From assembly GCA_046563655.1 (NCBI GenBank), contig CM102284.1, forward strand, positions 7,068,001 to 7,132,000: a stretch of 64,000 nt of DNA, read 5' to 3'. This document shows, piece after piece, positions 27,501 through 36,500 of this stretch. The position numbers and the translations under genes are program-made. Each line of letters opens with the position of its first letter. Position 1 is the stretch's first letter. The notes beneath the pieces are model-generated. The model was not told the DNA's origin, did not search any database, and was given only the letters and a program-made list of their open reading frames with translations. Origin of the DNA: Yuukianura sp. NJ FZ-2021. Its lineage: Eukaryota.

Positions 27501-30500
27501 CTGAACAAGTGAAACCCCCAATTACTGTTTCGGTTTTGCGAAATTCCAAGAAATGTAAGGCCCTCAGTTTTGAAACTTTGGGATTTTGGAAATTTGAAAT
27601 CATTTGTGGGTTAAGTAAGCCCCATTTGAGGTAAGGAACATAAGAGTTTGGAATTCGGCGAATTTCATTGGTTTAGACTTCAGAGCAAACTTTTTTTTTA
27701 TGAGGTTGTACTTACACAGACTTCTTCACAGCGACTGGCAGTTGGAATCCCGCTGGAGTAATTTCGGCACTAAAATCGAAGAAAATGAAAACTTTAGATC
27801 TTTTTTTTTCAAAATCTTATTTAGCAAGCTTCTGAAGATGTCGGGAGTCTCGTTTTTCCAATTTGAGACCTTTGGGAATTCGAGTTCGTGAGATCCAAAA
27901 CATGCTCTTGAAATCTAGTTTCTCGAGTTTCACAATTTCGAATTAGAAAAAAAGACTTGTTGAAAGACAAGTCATTAGGACAAGTTCAGGAGAATTTCAG
28001 CACAGATTTTCAGGAAACTTTAGAAACTTCGCTTCAGGAAAGAAATCAACTTAAAATGGAAAATCAAGATTGTGAGTTTAAATTTAGGAGAAAAAAGTGT
28101 GTTAAGAAAGTATGAAAAAAAAAAGTATTTTGGTACATAAAAAAAAATGGCACATAAAAAAACAATTGGTACAAATAAAAGTTGTGGCTTTCAATAACAA
28201 AAGCCACAATATACAATAAGAAGAAAGGCTGAGCCACCTAATCCGTTCAAGAAATTTAAGATTTACAATGCTGATGAAAAATTTGTGCAATGAAATCCAA
28301 GGGTTGTTGTCAGCTTTACTTTTCAGAATTTCATTTAAGCTAAATCTTGTTTGTTCAGCTTTCATTGAAAAAAATTCAGTTCGTACAAGAAATCAAAATG
28401 TGAAAGTCGTATCATGAGTTTTCATGAGTTTCATTTTTCCATTTAAGTCTTTGTTCACGCTATTTTGTGACAAACAGAAACAAAAGGAAAAAAGAGAAAG
28501 ACTCAAAACAAAAGTGAAAGCAAAAATGCATTCTCCGCTCTTTCTTTTTTGTAAAATGACACTTCAATTCTCTGTCAGTGGTAGATGCGAGACATATTTA
28601 ATCTTCTACGATTTTACAAATTGTTCAACCATTTTTCCATTTTCACTTTCTCTTTTTCACAATTTTTTCCTGTCACAACCAACTTTCACCTCTACAAAAC
28701 TAACTTTCACGCAAGGGCTTTAAACGTCACAAGTTTTGACAGAAAGTCTTTTTGTTTGCGACTCACAAACAAAAAAGTCTTTCTCAGCTGAAAACAAAGT
28801 CCTGACAATCATTTTTTTGGTTCGATTCATCCATGGATCGGTTTCAATTTAATTTTTGGCAGAAATGCTTTCAGAAGTTCTTAAGTGGTGGACTAAAATG
28901 TCACCAGGTGACAAGACGACTATGTCAACTTGGTTGACATTAAAATCATGGCCATCCTGACATGTCAACCCACTCTCTCATGCTCCAGCTCGTAATAAAT
29001 TTAGTAAATTAAAGTGTTTCCTGGTTTCACTTAAGCAAACCTACTTAAAACCCAAAGGAAACGACGAGCTTCAAAGGCTTCCAACTATTAACGAAGCGTG
29101 CGGTTAGGTTGAAATATTAGGTTACGTTAGGCTGAAATGCTACTCTGGTTAGGTTAAAATATTAAGTTAGGTTAGGCTGAAATGCTACGTTAGTTAGGTT
29201 GAAATATTAATTATTCTAGAGAGGAGGACTCACTTGTTCACATTGGCCAAACGTTGGTAAGCCTTTGATGCATCTGAAGTTTGCAAATGGACTTGACTTG
29301 TTCGGCTGCTCATTTTCTCCGTCCTCTCCTCCCTCACCGCCCTGATAAAGTTAATTTTAATTAAACAACTTTAATTAACAATTATGCGAAAATTCTACTT
29401 TTTAAATTTAAAACACGACAATTTTTGGTTCGGATAACAACAAATAATAACAAAAACCAAAAAATTGGAAAAAATCCTTCGGTGACAATTAAAGACAAAA
29501 ATAAAGGGTGCGAACCTAAAACTAAGCTCAAAACGATTTGGCACCGATGAGGCTCTTAACCCATAACAAAGTTTAGGTTAATTGAAATTGTATAAGTACA
29601 AATATAGCAAACTTCAGCATCTAAGAGAACCCCTAACGGTAATAGAACTTCTTCGTTCGTTTAGAGCGAATCAACGCTTTGGTTGAAGTGATGATGGAGG
29701 CTATTGTTCTGTACACCAGCGCTGGTGTTGCTGTCGCGTCCAGCCATAAATGTTGAGTATCCTTGTCTTGACCTTATCAAAGTTCCGCCACATTTGACCT
29801 CCTCCCACTGTCTGCGTGTTCGGCACTTCCCTGTCCACCATTCTGAATGTCAATGCCAGGCAGATGTGAGGAGGTTACTCCCTCTCCCGTCCGAAATTCA
29901 TTTCTTTTTAGTCTTGGTTTCTAATGAAACCTAGACTCCTCCCCAAGTCCAGTATTTTCCCCCACTAGCCCTTGCCATGCTCCTGCAAAGGAACATGACA
30001 AGGCGTTTTTCCCACTCCGCCGTGTGTTTTTCCCCCATCGCCGAATCCCCCAAACCACCTTCCAGAACATTCGAGAACTTTCTGCCTGTGAACAGGCAGA
30101 ATCCCACATCCCACTTCCTCCTGGCAGTCCACTTCCAACAGCAAAGCAGTCCAGTCCTCGTCACTCGTCTCTCCGTCCTCCGCCATCTTCGTTTTCTGGC
30201 CCGTTGGCCACGCCGTGACCCCAACCATCACTGGACAAGACCCACCAAGCACTGGACAAGACCCACCAAGCACTGGACAAGACCCGCAACCACTGGACAG
30301 ACCCACATATTGGTTCTTGTTTCGTTTTTTCATTTATTTGTTCAAATAAACGTTCATTTATTCTATTCCCCATTTTCCGCCCTGTTTTTCCTCTGATTCA
30401 TTTGGTCAGGTCACTTCCGTGACCTGTCCTGACCTCTCATTCCGGGTGCCCTTTGTGGCGGCCCGTGAGGAGCCTACCTCCTCATATGTGGGGCCTCAGA

Positions 30501-33500
30501 CGGGCTATATTTGACCTTTGACCCCAATTTGACCCCATCCCATACCTCACTCCCACATCCTAATTCATTTTTGTTTTTTCAGCTTATTTTTTGGTTCATT
30601 TTTATTTATTTTTTTCGATTTTTTTCAGCTCCCAATTGAGCCAAAGAAGCGAGAGCCACCGATTTTTCTCCTGAGCCACCGTATCTCTTCTGAGCCACCG
30701 ACTTTCTTCTGAACAACCGCCCTCCGAGCGACTACTGAGCCACCGAAGAGCCACCAAGGTCAAATCAAAGGTCAGGTTGTTGTTTATTGCGTTGTAGCGC
30801 CCCACCCCCCGGCGTTTATCCCCCTGCTCCCTTAAAGTGACCCCATTTTTCGCGCTAAATCGCTTTCCCTAAACCTCCCCCGCGCAAAATTTTTTCAAAA
30901 GTTAAAAACTTAGCGTTTTTTTTTACCCCACCCGCCCCACCAAAGCCTAAAACAAGCCCCACCATCCATTAAAGGTTATTAACCTCCCATACGTGGCCTT
31001 CCCCTTCCCTGAACCTTACCTAAAATTGAAATTTCGAAATCCTAACTAATCCCTGTCCAAAATTTTCCAAACTTTCAAACCCTTAGCCGATTTTTCAAAA
31101 TTCAGTATCCCCCCACTGAACAGTACCTAAATTGGCTTTCCCTCACCCTGTAACAGAACTCTGCCCAAATTTTTCTCAAATCCAAAAACTTAGCAAATTT
31201 CGGTTTGTTTATCCCCCCCCCCCCTATTGAAACATAACCCAATTTGGAATTCCCTCACTTCGTACCAAAACGCTGCCCGATTTTTCCCCAAATCAAAACA
31301 CTTAGCAGTTTTTGGCCCAAGTCCCACTGGTTATCCCCCCAACTGCCACATCCAACAACTACAGTCTGCGCCGATCGCAGTCACTTGCGACTTGGGCGCA
31401 ACCAGGTGCGACCATTCCCCAGACTCATCGGATATTTCCCCTATTGCGATTTCTCGCATCCGCACGTCGCAGTACCCTATCTAATCGTCGGAATTCTTCG
31501 GATTTCTCGGATTTTTGAATCCGTAAGCCCCTACCCACCCCAAATTTTCTCAAAGTCGGTGTGTTATGGTTCAACCCTCCCCTCTTTTGGTTGAATTCTT
31601 TCTTTGGTTTTGCGGTGTGTTGGTTTGGCTCTCGTTAGCCAAAGTGACTACTGCACTTTTGGTTTTCGCGTGTTTTTGGCTCATTCTTCATCGGATTTAA
31701 AGGGTTTTGGTGGAATTTGGTGCAAACCATAGCCCCATAGCCTTTCGTCGTTTCTTTAATCCATTTCTCTTTTGTTTCTAGGTTTTTGGTATTAAAATTT
31801 AAAAATAATTTAGTCCCTTAATTAAGAAAACAATTAATTTTTTTTGTCCAAATTCTAATTCTCCCTATATTCCAGAAAAGTATCCCCGCTCCCCCCCGAA
31901 TGATTGAAACGATCGTGTGGCTAATCCTGGTCCTGGTACTCACTGTCGTCTACGAAGTCCTACGAACCATTTTGGAACGATTCCTCCTCCGACAACTGAG
32001 ACGGCTGTTCCCCCAGTAGCAAGTTACTTCGAGTAATTGTTGAAAACCCCCCGCCCCTGACCCCCACCCATGTGGAACTTTCTCTACTGGTTGCGATTGT
32101 CCCTGATCTTAGTCCTTTCCCTGGTTGGCATCTATTTGGGTGCTCATCTCATTTTTGGCTGTTACTTCGTCCTAACCTCAGCAACTAAGAGTTGTTTTTA
32201 CGGAACCCTAGCCACTGTCATTGACTTTCTGGTTCTCCACCTGTTCCCCATTTACCGATTGCGACAATACCCAAACGAATACCAGATCTTTCTGAAAGTC
32301 CTACCCTATACCGAAGCCTACTATTACATTGCCCTAATAGTACGGTTAAACCACTACCATTGGAGTTGGTTCGGTCCCTGGTTCAGAACCCTTCTCGTCA
32401 TCTTTGCCCGCTACCAAGGACTACTTGTCATTGACGAGTATTAACCCCCCCCTTCCCAAAAATGGTGTGGTTTAGTACCCACTACGCTCCGGAGATCCAA
32501 CCCCAACCCCGCCAAAGACGAAACAGTCAGACAAACACTGTTTCTATCCCAGTCCCAGCCCCCTCAACCCAATGTACGTCGATTCCAGTACCCACGAGCA
32601 TTCCCCGCCCAATAACCCCTACGCCCAATGCATCCCCCAGAGCAGCAGGAAGTTTCCCCAATGCAGCCCAAATGGTGTCCCCTCCCCAAGCTCATGCCAA
32701 TCAACAAGATTCCCGCCCTGACATCAAAGTTTTCAAATACATTCGAAAATATGATGGGAGCAGTGATCCAGCTGAATTCCTTGCCCGTTACAAGTACGAT
32801 CTAGCTGACTCTGGGTTTGGTCCCAAAGGAGCCCTTTGCCATTTCGACCGAGTAGTAACTGGAGTTGCTCAGTCTTGGTTTGCATCCGTGTGGCCAAGAC
32901 TACGCGAACGAATCGAAACTCCCAATGTCAACTACGAAGAAATCTGGAACGACTTCGAATTGCGGTTCGTCGCCCACTTTTCCCTACGAGAACGAGCTGA
33001 AGAGCTTCGTAACATCAACAAAGCCCTACGCTACAAACTGGGTGACAACATCGACAAGTACGTCGCAGAAAAGCTGGAACTAATGTCCAAGATCAACCCC
33101 TACATGAGCGAAGAATCCAAAGTCAAGCGTCTTGTCCGTGGTTTACCCCCAGATTTAGAACAATCTTTCGTTCTCCAGTCCATCCCCACCACTGCTGATT
33201 TCCAAAAGCTTCTGCGTAGAGTCGCAGAAGTTCATACCCGCCCCAAAGAAGTTTCAGCCCAAGTCCTTACCCTCCATGCGCTGGAATCTGGAAATAACCC
33301 CCCACCCCAGCCCTATTACCCCCCAGTTGGTACACAACCAGCTCCCCAGTACCCAGTACAGCAGCCAGTCTCTCAGTACCAAACCCAGACCCTAATTCCC
33401 GCAGCACAAGCAGCCGGACAGACACAGCCACAACGTAGACGTGCAGAAGACGGACGTCCTATTTGCGACTTTTGTAGTCGCACAGGCCACATCCAACGTT

Positions 33501-36500
33501 ATTGCCACAACTGGTGGAGAAGCCAAGGCAAGGATCCACTCGCAAACGGATGTCACCCCCTCAAACCCCGTCCCACACAGCCGCAAGGTTATGGTCAGTT
33601 CCCACAGCAGCCTGTGTCCTATGCTCAGGCTGTTGCCCCCCAGACTTCTGTGGTCTTTAAACCATCCCCTGGACCCTCCAATGCCCCGCAAGCTGCTCCA
33701 ATCCCACAAAACCCAGATGACCATTGGGGTCCCCGGATTATCCAAGGCTTTTCAGCCATGACCGATCTCCTCAAGAAGATTGGAGATGCCATTGTTCCCA
33801 AGCCCCCGGAAAACTAATAGCGCTGTCGTTGCAGGGACGACAGCCGCTTCCAGTCCCCACCCCTACCATGACTTTACCACCAAATAATGCCCAACCAAGA
33901 ACCAAAAGACGTAAAAACAAAGAACCAACTTTCCCCATTTACAAGAACTTGTCGGCTTTTGGCAGAAAGCCCAGTTCTCAAAGTCCAGTTATTCCCCAAG
34001 AGTTGTACAACAAACTCCAACTAGCCCTAGACCAAAAATTGTCCTGTCCCAAATGTTGTTCCCACAATGACCGTACTTTACCCTTAGTCGTTGGGGAGGC
34101 AAGTCCACCCTCTCCACACGATTTTCCCGCCGTTTCCAGACCCAAATCCCGTTGTGTGCCTTCCGATGTTTCCGTAAAGCCTGTCGTTTCCGTAGCCATT
34201 GGTACTTCAGACCTTTGTGTTTTCCCCCCATTGAACCCCCCAGCCGTTATGCCCCCTCCATGCCCCGAGTTTTCGTTGACCTCCAGATTTGGGATCCATC
34301 CGAACAATGTGAGCCGAGTTGATGATTGGGTTGCTACAGCCAGTCCAGACGCAGACGCAGTTTCCCCCGTATTTCCGCCCCAAGCCCCAATGTCCCCAGA
34401 CCCAGACTCTGACCTACCCTGTGGTGTTTCCGCCGCGAATGTAATAGCCGCCCTCAATGCCCCAAAGTATTCCACATTCCACATTGACGTCGTCTTTGCC
34501 TCAACCACCATCCCAGTCCTTTGCGATAGCGGAGCATCGCTCTGTTGTGTCCATCCCAGTTTTCTGACCAAATTCCCCAGCGTTGTTTCCAATGTGAGCA
34601 ATGTTCAACCCGTAAGGGTTAAGCTGTCTTTTGGAAGTTACATTCCGTGCGATTCCCTCCAATCAGTCGACATTGAGTTTTCCATTGCTGGCGTCCCCTT
34701 CAAATATCCCTTCCATATTTTCCCCCATTTGTCTAACGACATAGTCATCGGTTCGGATTTTCTCCGTTCCGAGCGGCTTCTCCTTGACCCCCTTAACGAA
34801 CGCCTTGTACGAGGTGAACTCCCATGCACTGATCTCAGAAATGAGTACGTGCTAGTAAAGAAGTCCGAATTTAATGCCCTCCACAAGCTGTCTCTGTCCG
34901 ATCCGTCGGATAGAGATGGTTCAGATCCCTCCAGTTCACCCCCCGAACCCCCAGTCCCCAAACCCAGAAAAGTAAAGCCCAAACCCCCTAAAGATTCTCC
35001 CAAGTGTCAGCCCAAACCCCAGAGTTCGTCCGAAAATTCCGATTCTTCCAACCCCAGTACTCTACAGGACTCTGAAGCATCCTTCGTCGATAATTCCAAT
35101 TTGTCCCAAAGTGCCACTTCGCCTGACTTTCTCCGGTTGGCTCGTTCCTACATCATCAATCCACGGACCATGAAACGCGTCAGCGTTCGGTCAGATACTC
35201 CGTTTACCGGGGATATCCTAATTTCTCCCAGAAAAGAGCTGCAATATGCTCGTCACGTCGCCATAGGAAATTCAATTTCCCACTTACACGATGGCACAGG
35301 AGTTACCTATCTCTGGAACTTGAGCGACCGGCCAGTCAAACTTCTACAAAATATCTCCATTGGCACCTTCGAACCCTTTGCAGAATCCTCTGTGATCTGT
35401 AACCTTGACGAATTCGACCCTGTACATAACAAATCCTCCCAGTCTTCCCTCCCAGCGCATTCGATCTGTAATTTTGTCGTCAATGATGACGACGATGCCG
35501 AAATAACGGCTCTGAGACTTCAAAAACGGATCGATGCGTTCCAAATTTCCAAAACCCTAACCCCCGAACAGCAAGAGAAAATGAAAAATTTCCTTGTTTC
35601 CAACATGGATGTTTTCAACTTTGACCCCAAAACCCTAGGACGAACTCATCTCGTTACCCACAAGATAGACACTGGAGATGCCCCGCCCATTCGTACCCAT
35701 CCCCACAGAACTGGTTTCACTGAAAGACGTGAAATCCAGAAAGAAGTTGAAAGACTTCTAGACCTTGGAGCGATTACCCCTAGTGACAGTCCCTGGTGTT
35801 CCCCCGTCCTTCTGGTTAAAAAGCCAGACAATAGCTGGAGGTTCTGCGTGGATTTCCGAAAACTTAACGAAGTTACCCGAAAAGACTCCTACCCCCTCCC
35901 CAGAATAGACGATACCCTTGATCGTCTCAACGGCGCCAAGTACTTCTCTTCGATGGACTGCGACCAAGCCTACTACCAAATCGAGGTTGACCCCCAAGAT
36001 CGCGAAAAGACAAGTTTCGTAACCCCCGACGGACAATATGAGTTTGTCGTCATGCCCTTTGGTCTGTGTAATGCCCCCAGTACTTGGCAGCGTCTCATAG
36101 ACAATGTCTTGGGACGTTTAAAATGGACAGTTGCCCTAATCTACCTAGACGACATTACCTGTTTTTCCCGGACATTTGAGGAGCACCTTGACCACCTTTC
36201 CCAAATCTTCTCTTGCCTTCGACGTGCTGGACTCAGTCTAAAGCCGAAGAAGTGCAATTTTGGAGAAGATTCCCTCAAATTCCTTGGCCATATTATTTCC
36301 CGCGACGGAATTTCTGTTGACCCCGCCAAAACCCAAGCAGTTCGAGAGTTTCCCACCCCCAAAAATTCCCGAGGTGTAAGATCGTTCGTGAGTCTGTGTA
36401 GTTACTACCGCAGATTTGTAGAGAATTTTGCGAACATTGCCCGTCCCCTCCATGTTCTCTGCGCAAAAACCCGAACTGACCCCTTTACTTGGCCCCCAGA

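Noticed and set aside
29621-29864. Coding-looking sequence interrupted by the gypsy insertion (continues 38356-38630)
   Set aside because: The frames I translated gave only short peptides without recognisable motifs.
30229-30306. Regularly spaced repeats superficially like a CRISPR array
   Set aside because: Contiguous tandem units with no unique spacers, in a eukaryotic LTR, with no cas genes.
29931-30396. Several 60-139-aa ORFs on both strands inside the 5' LTR
   Set aside because: Their repeats (CPVLGGS, HWTRPTK) simply reflect the 21-bp DNA tandem repeat; no domain is evident.
31227-31594. ORF-track ORFs of 85, 116 and 68 aa in the retroelement leader
   Set aside because: They start at TTG, not ATG, overlap each other and reflect C-rich, stop-poor composition.
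32070-32444. Calling the 124-aa membrane ORF an env gene
   Set aside because: Too short, upstream of gag, and lacks a furin site and ectodomain.
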